Positions 10,481 through 20,234 are shown, counted from the stretch's first letter. The stretch is DNA of 64,000 nt from a virus (IMGVR_UViG_3300037129_000090), one strand, 5' to 3'. Translations and numbers: made by a program. The notes: generated by a model from the sequence alone, not told the origin.

Positions 10481-11623
10481 ATGCCTACAAGAGAAGAATT
10501 GGCTAAAGTTAAGCCCCCACAAGATGTCATAAATGAAATTTCTAAAGTAAGTGAGATTTCAGGACAATCGAAGGATAGAGTCAAGAATGCGTTTTATAAA
10601 GCTCTTGCATTAAAAACTTTGGACGTATTCACTGATATGGACGAACGTTGCAGACAAGCAATGTACATCATGATAGCCCAACTTAAAGCTAAAATGCCGT
10701 CCGATAACACACCATTATTTCCAATGGAATTTACTGTTTTTGCAGTTACCTCACCTAAAACTATACCAATGAAAAATGAAAAGGTAGACCCAGTATCTGG
10801 AAACAAAATAACAGTGACAGAACCACGTAATGTAGCAAATGTATATGGTGTATTTGCCGGTGGACCGAATCCTGATCCTAATGCTCCTCAATTACCAGCT
10901 AAACTTGGCTTCTTGAGTTTGTGGGGAGATGCATGCCAGCTCGTGACTCAATTCAAAAAAGGTCATTCGTATCTCGCCGGTATGGGTGTTAAAAATAAAG
11001 ACAGCCATTATGAATTATCACTCAGTAATGTTGTGAAAATCGAAGAGTCACAGAACGATTTACCACCTATTAAGGAAATAATCGCTAAGTTCTTTAGTCC
11101 ATTCTCAGTGTCTCAAATACCTATACATCCTGGTAACAACCAATTTGTACATGGTAGGATTGTGAGAGGCTGGACTAAGCTTGATAGAAATGGACAAAAT
11201 AGAGGATATGTTGTAATGGCTGATCCTCTTATTGGTGCAGCTATGCTTGCTTCGGCATCGGGTGGAGAGAAGCGAGAGTACCAAGTCATGTTTTCAAATG
11301 CACCGGAATTTGCAACCGAATATGGTGCAGGCACTGAATGCTATTTCATGGCAAGAATTGATAATAAGAGTGAACAATATGGCGTTAGTGTTTATGGTGA
11401 CTTTATTGTTCCGATAACAATATCTACAACTGATCCAGAAGCAGCATCTGTTTGGGACGACGACCCTTTTGATTATGGTGAGCCAGAAGAGAGCAGCCCC
11501 TCACCAGAACCTATCCAAACTGCTCCTGCGCAAGTGCCTGTAGCCGTACAAGCGCCTGTACAAACACCTGTTGTAACACCACCAAATAACATTCCTAGCC
11601 CTGCCGCAAATGGTGAATGGTGA
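10481..11623 (+). CDS. hypothetical protein with acidic DDDPFDYGEPEE segment and Pro-rich tail (possible ssDNA-binding protein)
   Basis: SD GAGGAA. The acidic DDDPF motif resembles SSB C-terminal tails. Weak. Confidence 0.5.
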   Translation: MPTREELAKVKPPQDVINEISKVSEISGQSKDRVKNAFYKALALKTLDVFTDMDERCRQAMYIMIAQLKAKMPSDNTPLFPMEFTVFAVTSPKTIPMKNEKVDPVSGNKITVTEPRNVANVYGVFAGGPNPDPNAPQLPAKLGFLSLWGDACQLVTQFKKGHSYLAGMGVKNKDSHYELSLSNVVKIEESQNDLPPIKEIIAKFFSPFSVSQIPIHPGNNQFVHGRIVRGWTKLDRNGQNRGYVVMADPLIGAAMLASASGGEKREYQVMFSNAPEFATEYGAGTECYFMARIDNKSEQYGVSVYGDFIVPITISTTDPEAASVWDDDPFDYGEPEESSPSPEPIQTAPAQVPVAVQAPVQTPVVTPPNNIPSPAANGEW

Positions 11624-11628
11624 TTTGA

Positions 11629-12744
11629 ATGGGTTTAGCCGATTCACTCAATAACGCAAAGCAGCCACCTGCTGCTAATGCGTCTCCAATTCAGCGTGGT
11701 TCGTCGCGTATGCAATTGGAGTCGAGAGCACCCAAAATAGTTCCTGCTTCAAAAAAGCGTAAAGGCGAGCAAGAACACACAAAGCGCGTCGCAATAGTAG
11801 GACCGGCTGGTACAGGAAAAACACATTCCATTTTCTCGCTTATCAAACATTTGGCTACTATAGACCATCTCAACCCAGAGGAAATAAGGGTTGAGATGCT
11901 CGATCTTGATGGTGGTATGAGCGAGCTTACTGACCAGCGACTCATTCCAGACGAGTATCTTGATTGCATATATGTTGCCACTTGTCGCGACTTCGAAGAA
12001 CTTGTCGATGCAACAAAGGCAGCATATCAGCGTCTTGATGAGCATAAAAAAAAGTTTGGTGGTATAGGTGACTGGTTGGTAGTTGATAATGTCGAGAAGT
12101 CTTGGGATTATGTACAAAATGACTATTGTTTGGCTGTTTACGGCATGCCATTGATGGAACGTAAAAAACAAGTACGTGAGTCGCAGGTAGAAGCCAGAAA
12201 ACTCGGCGGTAAAGGCGAAAGTGTCTTTGATAAAAACCTTGATTGGGGTACAATAAAACCAATGTACGCAGACTGGATAAAATCGATGGAAGTTTGCGAT
12301 CATAATATTTTATTATTATCACCATGGAAAATGCAAGAAATCAAGGACAAAGCCGGTAATGTAGTTGAGATGCACGAAAAATTCGGTGCTGATGGAAACA
12401 GTTTGATTGTTTCTTACATTATAAAATTACACTTCGATAACAATAAGAATCGTCGTGCTACATTTCTTAAATCAAGAGCAACAAACTTGCTACCAAGAGA
12501 CCTGATCTATTCAAATTGGACTGATTTGTTCAAGGAATTAGACAGAATAGCAGCAGCAGAATTGAAAGAGCGCGAGGCTAGTATGAAACGTGAGGTATAT
12601 GGTAGACCCACTGACATACCTAGAGTAGCTTTGAATTCTGATGAAGAAGCTTTCAAAGAAAAGAAAGTTGAAGAGATAATGAGTGCTGCTGTATCTCAAA
12701 GTGCTTCATCCAACGATGTGGGTGCTACCGACGCCGAATGGTAA
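11629..12744 (+). CDS. P-loop NTPase (RecA/AAA-like)
   Basis: Walker A VAIVGPAGTGKTHS and Walker B WLVVDNVE; SD GGTGAT. Confidence 0.7.
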   Translation: MGLADSLNNAKQPPAANASPIQRGSSRMQLESRAPKIVPASKKRKGEQEHTKRVAIVGPAGTGKTHSIFSLIKHLATIDHLNPEEIRVEMLDLDGGMSELTDQRLIPDEYLDCIYVATCRDFEELVDATKAAYQRLDEHKKKFGGIGDWLVVDNVEKSWDYVQNDYCLAVYGMPLMERKKQVRESQVEARKLGGKGESVFDKNLDWGTIKPMYADWIKSMEVCDHNILLLSPWKMQEIKDKAGNVVEMHEKFGADGNSLIVSYIIKLHFDNNKNRRATFLKSRATNLLPRDLIYSNWTDLFKELDRIAAAELKEREASMKREVYGRPTDIPRVALNSDEEAFKEKKVEEIMSAAVSQSASSNDVGATDAEW

Positions 12745-12771
12745 ATATTTATTAAAGCATTGAGGTAAAAC

Positions 12772-13599
12772 ATGTTTACTTTAAAAATCCCCCATGATGA
12801 ACTTGAGGATTTGGTCAGAAAAATGTCTCTCCCTACAGGGAAAGACGAATTCGTTTTTGAAACCATTTCACCTAAGATAACACCAGAAGGATATCTAGAA
12901 TGGATTGGTAAAACGAAAAACATTACTGTATGGGTACGCGCAAAAGGGCTTGAAGTATCTGGCATCACTGAACCCACCAATCTCACATTGAAAGCCACAG
13001 AAGCAATGAATACACTTGCCTTTTTCCAAAAAGATGATATTATCACTCTCATTCATGACACAGAGCGTGGTGAGGACATCTTTACTGCCGATAACAACAA
13101 GCGTAAAAGAACTATTAAGCTTCCATCTGTTGTTGAAAGTGAGGCAAAGGAGAAACAAGACAAGTTCCCCGGTCAACTAGGTGAAGATGGCATCGTTGTC
13201 TATAAGGGTGGACGTAAACCTGACCTTCGTTGTACATGCGACGCAGGTGTTTTCAGAGAGCTTGTCGCTAATACCAATCTCATAATGGGTGGTAAGAAGA
13301 AAGAGGATACTCCTAATATTTACCATATCATCTTCGATGAGACCAACAATATGCTGAGAACCATTGCGGGTGACAGTACAGACCGCGCACACAAGACAGT
13401 TGATGATGAAGTACATGTCTTGTCTGTTGTCGGAAATGGTACAGTCCACTATGCTATGGGATTCCCTGATGTGATGGGTGTTCTTAATGAAGAAATTGAG
13501 CTGTATGCTCTTTTAGGTGGACCGCTGTGGGTTGTTCAAGATAACGACAATAGGAAATTGCGGTATCTTATTCCACCGGCAAAATTCGATAGAGACTAA
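12772..13599 (+). CDS. hypothetical protein
   Basis: SD GAGGTAA; no motif recognised. Confidence 0.55.
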   Translation: MFTLKIPHDELEDLVRKMSLPTGKDEFVFETISPKITPEGYLEWIGKTKNITVWVRAKGLEVSGITEPTNLTLKATEAMNTLAFFQKDDIITLIHDTERGEDIFTADNNKRKRTIKLPSVVESEAKEKQDKFPGQLGEDGIVVYKGGRKPDLRCTCDAGVFRELVANTNLIMGGKKKEDTPNIYHIIFDETNNMLRTIAGDSTDRAHKTVDDEVHVLSVVGNGTVHYAMGFPDVMGVLNEEIELYALLGGPLWVVQDNDNRKLRYLIPPAKFDRD

Positions 13600-13616
13600 A
13601 TGCTTAGGTGGTTGAC

Positions 13617-15443
13617 ATGGTTAACCTTGGTAAAAATGTGGGTTCGCAAGAGCCCACTTATGCAGAAGACGAAGAAGAATATGAAGAGTATGAGCCTGAA
13701 CCAGAATCAGCACCAGTGATCGTAGATATTCCGATGGACATAAGCGAGGCGGAGTATACTGTCCATGATGGTGGAATTATAACTGGCATGCCTGCACTCG
13801 TCGTTAAAATGGTTTCGTGTAATTTGCACTGTAGCTACTGTTTCGGCGCAAAAAGTGGTAGAGATCAGGATGGACATTATCACAGAAGACCCACACTATG
13901 TCCACCAAACAAAAAAGTTATTTCAATACATAGAGTAAAGGCTGGTGATGTGGTTTTAACTTATGATGAAAACCTTAAGTTGGTTGAAACCACTGTAGTA
14001 AATGTCTTAACGAGAGACGTTGATGAATGGCTAGAAATTATTATAAATAATAAAAAGTATTTCGTTACACCAGAACATCCATTTTTCACTACGAGAGGAC
14101 TTACACCCGCACAAAATTTAGAAATTGGAGATATGATAATTCATTCATCGTCACGAGATAAGATGTCATATCGTATGATTGGTGATAAAAACCCTATACG
14201 TAATATTGATATTCTAAAGAAGAAAATGGAACATACCGATTATGATATAGTTGGTGAAAAAATCCATAATACGCTGCAAGCTCAAATTGAGCGCGGTGAA
14301 TATATACATCCATTTAGTAAATTAACAAAGGAGCAAAAGACTGAAGCTATAAGAAAACTTTCCTTGGGTAAATTAGGTGATAAAAACCCTCGTTGGTCTG
14401 GTGGTCGTTCTACTTGGGATAATAACACACGTCCGAATTATTTTATTTTAACAGAAATGATAGAGAAAGGTGTATATACAGAATGTAAAATATGTGGCTC
14501 TATCGGCTCTAATGGTGGTAGATTATTGGAAGTGCATCATTTAGATGGTGATCCGAATAATGACGATCCTTCTAATCTAACCATTATCTGCCATAAATGT
14601 CATAGCAAAATACACAAAAGAGGAAATAATTTTTGGATGAATCCACGCAAAGATGGTGTGTGTGTTTCCACTGAGTTAGATTTCAGAATGTTAGAACTCA
14701 ATGGTATGGAGGTTACTAAGATAACTAGAGTAACTAATTCAAAAAAGAAACTGAAAGTGTATAATTTTCAGTGTTCGCCATACAACACATATCTTATAGA
14801 TAATATGTGGGTTCATAACTGTGACGTAATTAAACGGAAGATTGAGCGCTCATATAACATGAATAGTATGATCCAATTACTGGTTGGTTATGCAGACTTA
14901 GACCTTATCATCACTGGTGGTGAGCCATTTGTCCAACCCGAAGCTCTTGGTTTCTTAATTAATGTGGGACTCGATGCAAGAAAAGAATTTGGATATTCAA
15001 CAAATGTAGTTGTTGAGACCAATGGTACAATAGGTCCAGAAATATTACGAAGAACACAGTATGAAGCTAGTCGTGTATCAGAAGAAAATCTAAAGGCTGT
15101 CGTTTGGTCTATAAATCCTAAGCTGCATAGTAGTCATGAAGAATGGTCAAAAACGCGATTCACAGATTTTATGGAATTTCCGAATGTTCAAGTACGGCTT
15201 ACGGTGAACCCATTCGACCCTGATGATTTGTCTGATATGAGGCGAATAGCGAGTTTGATACCATCAAACGTACATATTGTGGCACATCCAATGGTTCAAG
15301 ACCTTGAATCATATGATATAGAGGCTTATCAGCGTTCTTTACATGAGTTGTATAAAATCATAATCGATGAACGTCTTGCTAGAGTACGTATTATTCCGCA
15401 GTTACATAAAGTGATTTGGGGAATGAGAAAGGAGTCAATTTAA
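13617..15443 (+). CDS. queE: 7-carboxy-7-deazaguanine synthase QueE (radical SAM) interrupted by an in-frame HNH intein
   Basis: CNLHCSYC (CxxxCxxC) motif. C-terminal exteins ITGGEPFVQPE...VRIIPQLHKVIWG match the QueE ends ISGGNPALL...VRVLPQLHTLLWG. The listed ORF starts at an alternative GTG at 13608. Confidence 0.8.
   Translation: MVNLGKNVGSQEPTYAEDEEEYEEYEPEPESAPVIVDIPMDISEAEYTVHDGGIITGMPALVVKMVSCNLHCSYCFGAKSGRDQDGHYHRRPTLCPPNKKVISIHRVKAGDVVLTYDENLKLVETTVVNVLTRDVDEWLEIIINNKKYFVTPEHPFFTTRGLTPAQNLEIGDMIIHSSSRDKMSYRMIGDKNPIRNIDILKKKMEHTDYDIVGEKIHNTLQAQIERGEYIHPFSKLTKEQKTEAIRKLSLGKLGDKNPRWSGGRSTWDNNTRPNYFILTEMIEKGVYTECKICGSIGSNGGRLLEVHHLDGDPNNDDPSNLTIICHKCHSKIHKRGNNFWMNPRKDGVCVSTELDFRMLELNGMEVTKITRVTNSKKKLKVYNFQCSPYNTYLIDNMWVHNCDVIKRKIERSYNMNSMIQLLVGYADLDLIITGGEPFVQPEALGFLINVGLDARKEFGYSTNVVVETNGTIGPEILRRTQYEASRVSEENLKAVVWSINPKLHSSHEEWSKTRFTDFMEFPNVQVRLTVNPFDPDDLSDMRRIASLIPSNVHIVAHPMVQDLESYDIEAYQRSLHELYKIIIDERLARVRIIPQLHKVIWGMRKESI
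13899..14816 (+). mobile_element. intein (Hint domain + HNH homing endonuclease) inside queE
   Basis: Starts at the Cys of TLC|PPNKK; block B TPEHPFF; HNH CKICGS...HHLDGDPNND...CHKCH; ends WVHN followed by extein Cys. Confidence 0.7.
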
Positions 15444-15455
15444 GCTGGTGTCTAT

Positions 15456-15809
15456 GTGAAAGATGGCTTAATCTGTCGTTTGTTTAAGAAAGAGACTGTT
15501 TCATTTGGTGATTTAATAAGTTCAGTATTAGTCACCTTAATGTTGTTATTTGTAATTGTGACAGGTTCAGCAGCAACTTGTGTATTGGGTTATATGGGTT
15601 TGAATATGCTGCAAAATGCAGGTCTAATAAACTTGGATTTATCAGTAATATTTTCATATCATATTGCAATATATGAATTTGTTGTTGGTCTAGTTCTCTT
15701 AGGTGTAATGATAGCTATAGTAACGGTTTTTGTATTAGCGTGTGAATCAGTCTATACTTTTACCAAGACAATTACAATTGCACAATGTCCGAGATATAAA
15801 AAACCCTGA
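15456..15809 (+). CDS. membrane protein
   Basis: GTG start; three predicted TM helices. Confidence 0.4.
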   Translation: MKDGLICRLFKKETVSFGDLISSVLVTLMLLFVIVTGSAATCVLGYMGLNMLQNAGLINLDLSVIFSYHIAIYEFVVGLVLLGVMIAIVTVFVLACESVYTFTKTITIAQCPRYKKP

Positions 15810-15829
15810 ATAATTAAAACGGTGATGAT

Positions 15830-16786
15830 ATGGAATTAGAAACTACTTGCTATTATCATGGCGACTTGGATGGAATCACAGCTGCGCGTGTTGTATTACA
15901 ACAATACCCAGATGCTAAAATGATACGTGCAAACCACGGTGACGCCTGGAAGGATGAAGATGTTGTCGGTAAACGTGTTATTATTGTTGACTTCTCATTT
16001 CCAGATATGATGGACATACACGATAAGTGTGCTGAATTAGTGTGGTGTGACCATCATAAAACCGCGAAAAGTGAACAGAAAAAATTATGGGGTGACGATA
16101 ATGTTGCTGGATTACGTTCACTTGACTATGCTGGTTGTATGCTAACGTATGCATTCTATAATAATATTAAGCTTTCCGATATTGTTTACAAGATACAGAA
16201 CCTTGACATTCCTTATGTTGTGCGGGCTGTAGCAACATACGATATGTGGCATCATAAAGCATTCGATGATGTCGATGCCTTTTGCGCGACAGCATTTGTA
16301 AAATTGACGTCACCAGATGCAGCTGACTTTGAGCGTTTATTTAATAATAATAAGGCTATTGAGAATGAATACATTGCCACTGGTGAGGTATTATTGCAAG
16401 CCGCCTTGAACAGGATCAGACATGTTGCCAGTCGCGAAGAGATATTGGTGCTGAAACCGTATAGTGGTGACATTTCTGTAATGTTTGTAAATTCCACCAG
16501 TGATATAAGTGCACTTGGTTCATACATAAACAAGGAGCTTGATTGTGATATTGCAATCATCTTTGAAATCATCGGTGAGAAGCGCAAAGATGTCGAATAT
16601 CGTCCAGAATCATGTAGAGTTAGCCTCCGCTCTCGAACATGTAATGTTGAAATAGTTGCACGTGAATTGGCGGGTGGTGGTCATCCGGGCGCAGCAGGAT
16701 TTTCAACAGCTGAAACACCATCTAAGATGCGCGATACTTTACAAGGTATAATCTACCGCATCGGACATCAAATTAAAGTAAAATAA
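15830..16786 (+). CDS. DHH/DHHA1-family phosphoesterase
   Basis: N-terminal HGDLDG, internal DHH (CDHHK) and DHHA1 GGGHPGAAGF motifs; SD GGTGAT. Confidence 0.75.
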   Translation: MELETTCYYHGDLDGITAARVVLQQYPDAKMIRANHGDAWKDEDVVGKRVIIVDFSFPDMMDIHDKCAELVWCDHHKTAKSEQKKLWGDDNVAGLRSLDYAGCMLTYAFYNNIKLSDIVYKIQNLDIPYVVRAVATYDMWHHKAFDDVDAFCATAFVKLTSPDAADFERLFNNNKAIENEYIATGEVLLQAALNRIRHVASREEILVLKPYSGDISVMFVNSTSDISALGSYINKELDCDIAIIFEIIGEKRKDVEYRPESCRVSLRSRTCNVEIVARELAGGGHPGAAGFSTAETPSKMRDTLQGIIYRIGHQIKVK

Positions 16787-16797
16787 TAGGTGATAAG

Positions 16798-17517
16798 GTG
16801 TCTTTTTATATTTTCTGTGGTGCAGATGGTCTAGGTAAAACTACCATCGCAAAACTTTTAGCACAGAAGCTTGAAAAACCATATTTCAAGTTTCCATATG
16901 GTAGTGACAATGATACTGAGGAAATAATATACAGTGGGCAAAGAATTCGTCAGATTCTGAATAAAGACCATACTTGTGATCCTGTTGCATTTCAGGCACT
17001 ACAACTGATAAACAAGCTCGAAGCAGTTCCTGTGTTGAAGGCACTTGAGCTTAAACACGGTATTGTGTTAGTTGATAGATGGTCTCTTAGCGCACTTATA
17101 TATGGTGAAGTTGATGGTGTCGATCGTGTTTGGAACAACAAAATATGTAAGTTTTTTGATAGTCAAATCCAACCAGCTATCATGTTCATATTCACCGGCA
17201 CACCGTTTAAAAACGATGGTGATAAATACGGTAAAAAACAACAAGCTATTGCTGCTCTATATGACAATTATTGCAAGGAACATGCTGACAACAAGCTCAT
17301 AGTTAAGATAGACGTAACAGGTAAGTCTATTGAAACCGTTGCGTTCGAAGTGTTGAGCCATATTGTTCGCGATGCCATGAAAATTAAACCACTTATTACG
17401 TCCACAACTTCAACAGTTGTACATGCGAAGGAAGGACAACAATTTTCATTAACCGACACTCAGAAAGATAAAAATCCTGACAAATCGAGCCATTGCTATG
17501 ACTCTATGGTGATTTAG
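16798..17517 (+). CDS. thymidylate kinase-like dNMP kinase
   Basis: P-loop CGADGLGKTT; DRY-like motif VDRWSLSALIYG characteristic of Tmk; GTG start after AGGTGAT. Confidence 0.75.
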   Translation: MSFYIFCGADGLGKTTIAKLLAQKLEKPYFKFPYGSDNDTEEIIYSGQRIRQILNKDHTCDPVAFQALQLINKLEAVPVLKALELKHGIVLVDRWSLSALIYGEVDGVDRVWNNKICKFFDSQIQPAIMFIFTGTPFKNDGDKYGKKQQAIAALYDNYCKEHADNKLIVKIDVTGKSIETVAFEVLSHIVRDAMKIKPLITSTTSTVVHAKEGQQFSLTDTQKDKNPDKSSHCYDSMVI

Positions 17518-18453
17518 ATGGTGGAAGAATTTAATATCCCCATCTCTGTTCTTATCGAAGGTAAGGACATGGCTAATGCGTGGGCGCGTGAGGTTAATCT
17601 TCTCTCGATGCAACCTCAAATCCTTGCTGGTGAGGATTATTCCGGCAGCGCGAAAATGACTCGTGACATGAATGTCCTTGTTGTTCTTGAGGCTGATGCA
17701 GTTGAGAAAATAAGAAAGGGAGAGATGCATCCTGCGTATGAATCTCGCGCACATGCGCTGCTCGCATATGATCGTGAGTTCACTTATGACTTTGTTTATG
17801 AACAATGGGCTGCTGATGAAAAGCATCAATTTGTTTATAACTACATGGACCGGTTTGTGAACAAACCTGTACCGAGCGAGAATTTTATTTATCAAGGTAA
17901 ACCACATATTCAGGATAAAGAAGTTGCAAAGTACTTAAATAAAGATACTAACGGCTTCGACCAGATAAAATGGTTGCATGATGCTATCAGAGAACAGGGA
18001 ATTTCTAGAAGACACCAAATCATAACGTGGATTGAAGCAATTGATTGTTTTGCACAATCTCCCCCGTGTCTTCAGCGTATCCAGTTGCGTGTTTTAGTAC
18101 CAAAATTAGAATGGCATAATTATGAAGGCTGTATACCAGTGGAAGCCGCAATCGAATACCGTTCTTGGGATATTGGAAGAGCGCAATTAAGTAATATTTA
18201 TGGATTAGTAAGGATGTTGTATAGATATATACTTGGCAATCTTACTGCTGAAGATGAATATGTGCGTGGTTCTGATGGCAAGAGGCTTTGTGATGAACGT
18301 GGTGTTCCAAATGTGTTGAATGATGAAGGTAATAAAATCGAGTTCAAGATAGTGTCACTTAAGTTGTTCGGAAATTTTGCACATTACTACGAAGATTGGG
18401 AAGATGTAGCTCAGACAGTAAAACCAGTCGCCACATTAGCTAAAAGTAGATGA
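17518..18453 (+). CDS. thymidylate synthase (ThyA) family pyrimidine methylase/hydroxymethylase
   Basis: ThyA core motifs SRRHQIITW, catalytic PPC, YRSWD...LSNIYGL, GNFAHYYED. The Asn of NI(A)SY is retained, suggesting a uracil nucleotide substrate. Confidence 0.8.
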   Translation: MVEEFNIPISVLIEGKDMANAWAREVNLLSMQPQILAGEDYSGSAKMTRDMNVLVVLEADAVEKIRKGEMHPAYESRAHALLAYDREFTYDFVYEQWAADEKHQFVYNYMDRFVNKPVPSENFIYQGKPHIQDKEVAKYLNKDTNGFDQIKWLHDAIREQGISRRHQIITWIEAIDCFAQSPPCLQRIQLRVLVPKLEWHNYEGCIPVEAAIEYRSWDIGRAQLSNIYGLVRMLYRYILGNLTAEDEYVRGSDGKRLCDERGVPNVLNDEGNKIEFKIVSLKLFGNFAHYYEDWEDVAQTVKPVATLAKSR

Positions 18454-18509
18454 TAAGTGAGTATTTGTGTATAAATTCTCACATTTTTTTTATATTAGGT
18501 GATTTGCAG

Positions 18510-19250
18510 ATGACAGAATTGTTATGCACCGATGCTATAAATAAAAAACTCATAGTTGTAAATAGAATATTGTGTGGTGAATATGTAGGTTTTGCTGAGC
18601 CAACTAAAATAAAATGTATGATGTGCGGCACTATAAAAGTAATGTCAGTGAGATCAGCCATACGAAGTCAGTGTCGTGCCTGTGCTAAAATTGAAAAAAC
18701 ACGACGTGAACTTAATCAGAATTTGTTTGTGTATGGGTGGGAATTAGCTAGTGAATATAATGGTGCTCGTAAGCCGTGCTCGTTCAGATGTATAAAATGC
18801 GGCAACATTATGTATACACCACAAGCTATAAACATTAGAAAAATAAAATGTAAAAATTGTGAAAAGCATGTGTGTTTAAATTGCGGTAAAGAGTTTCTCA
18901 TCAAAGGTAGTATTGGTATACAGAATACAAGATATTTTTGTTATGAATGTGTTTCTGGGTCAATTACATTGAAAGAAAATCGGAGCGAGTATAATAGATT
19001 GTATAAAGAATATGTACATAAAGAAATTAAGTTAAGATATGGTATATGTTGTACACGCTGTGGTTACAATAAATGTTATAGTGCACTAGAATTTCATCAC
19101 AGAATTCCAGATGAAAAGGAACATGATCCAGCATCTCTGATTTCTAGTTCACATAAGAAAATAAATGATATTTTTAAAGAATTAGATAAATGTGACTTGG
19201 TGTGTGCAAATTGTCATAGAGAAATACATGATATTGAAAAGAAAATTTAA
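18510..19250 (+). CDS. free-standing HNH endonuclease with multiple zinc ribbons
   Basis: Several CxxC pairs; C-terminal HNH EFHHRIPDEKEHD...CANCHREIH. The listed ORF starts at 18450, but SD AGGTGAT precedes the ATG at 18510. Confidence 0.7.
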   Translation: MTELLCTDAINKKLIVVNRILCGEYVGFAEPTKIKCMMCGTIKVMSVRSAIRSQCRACAKIEKTRRELNQNLFVYGWELASEYNGARKPCSFRCIKCGNIMYTPQAINIRKIKCKNCEKHVCLNCGKEFLIKGSIGIQNTRYFCYECVSGSITLKENRSEYNRLYKEYVHKEIKLRYGICCTRCGYNKCYSALEFHHRIPDEKEHDPASLISSSHKKINDIFKELDKCDLVCANCHREIHDIEKKI

Positions 19251-19365
19251 ATAATTTTTGGTGTGAATATTATGGGACTTGAAATAAAAAAAGCTGGATT
19301 GTGTACTCACATGTGATATATGCAAAGCGAAAATACCAATTGAGCAGAAGCTGCTAAAAATTGAT

Positions 19366-19596
19366 ATGACAGAAGGGACGATTTGTACAAGTATTGCTGA
19401 TGCTATTATTAGAATTTCTCCCATCTATCAAAACGATGCGAATTGTGAAGTTGTGCAGATTAATTGCAAGGAACGTAAAATACTATGTCATCGTTGTGGT
19501 ACTATTTATCGTAATCATAAGGAAGCACTTTGGACAAATTACAATGCGCGTAATCAGCCCGAAAGCTTGCTGAAAGCGGTTGAAGACCACATTTAA
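19366..19596 (+). CDS. hypothetical Cys-rich small protein
   Basis: CxxC-type pairs; ORF only. Confidence 0.35.
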   Translation: MTEGTICTSIADAIIRISPIYQNDANCEVVQINCKERKILCHRCGTIYRNHKEALWTNYNARNQPESLLKAVEDHI

Positions 19597-19604
19597 ATCT
19601 TTTT

Positions 19605-19922
19605 TTATTTATATTCTTTAGAGCGTTTTGAAGTCACACCCGATAACTTTCTTCCAGATGCACCAGCAGTTGAAGAGGGTTTCCTTATAGATGATGTACC
19701 TATTTTTATTTCAGTACCCCAATATTTCATAGGTAATGTTATAGTTTTAAACTCTGCGCCATTACCACGATTAGCAAGTTTATATTCACCTAGCAGAAAG
19801 TCTTTTTCTGCTCTATCTTTTGCATAGTCGCAATGTTCCCATTCTTTATTATAGACGGGATATCTTATTAAGATTTGATATTTGTATCCATATTCTGGGT
19901 CATATGCTTTTGGATATGTCAT
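19605..19922 (-). CDS. hypothetical protein
   Basis: Convergent with upstream genes; no motif. Confidence 0.5.
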   Translation of the reverse strand: MTYPKAYDPEYGYKYQILIRYPVYNKEWEHCDYAKDRAEKDFLLGEYKLANRGNGAEFKTITLPMKYWGTEIKIGTSSIRKPSSTAGASGRKLSGVTSKRSKEYK

Positions 19923-20234
19923 AAATTTTCCTCACTAAAGAATATTTCCTATAACTATATTCATTTATATCTGATTATCTTGACTTGTCAGTTTTAGATT
20001 TATTGATTTTGTCATTTAATTACTTATTTAACATAAATGCGATATGTGTGTATATAAATTTATTTATACTTTTAGGAAAGCTCGGGCTAATCTCCATTAT
20101 TTCAATGGTCGACTACAACCTGAGTTGTGATATAAACCAATATACTTAAATAGTATTACGTAGTTATTAATTGCATGGTGTGGAGAACATACCATAATGA
20201 CAATCATAAAACAGAAATAGAGAGGTAAGAAATT

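Noticed and set aside
19272-19596. In-frame TGA linking MGLEIKKAGLCTHM to the Cys-rich ORF at 19366 (possible selenocysteine or read-through)
   Set aside because: Codon-by-codon check shows the two ORFs are in different frames (19272 is frame 0, 19366 is frame 1). No read-through is implied.
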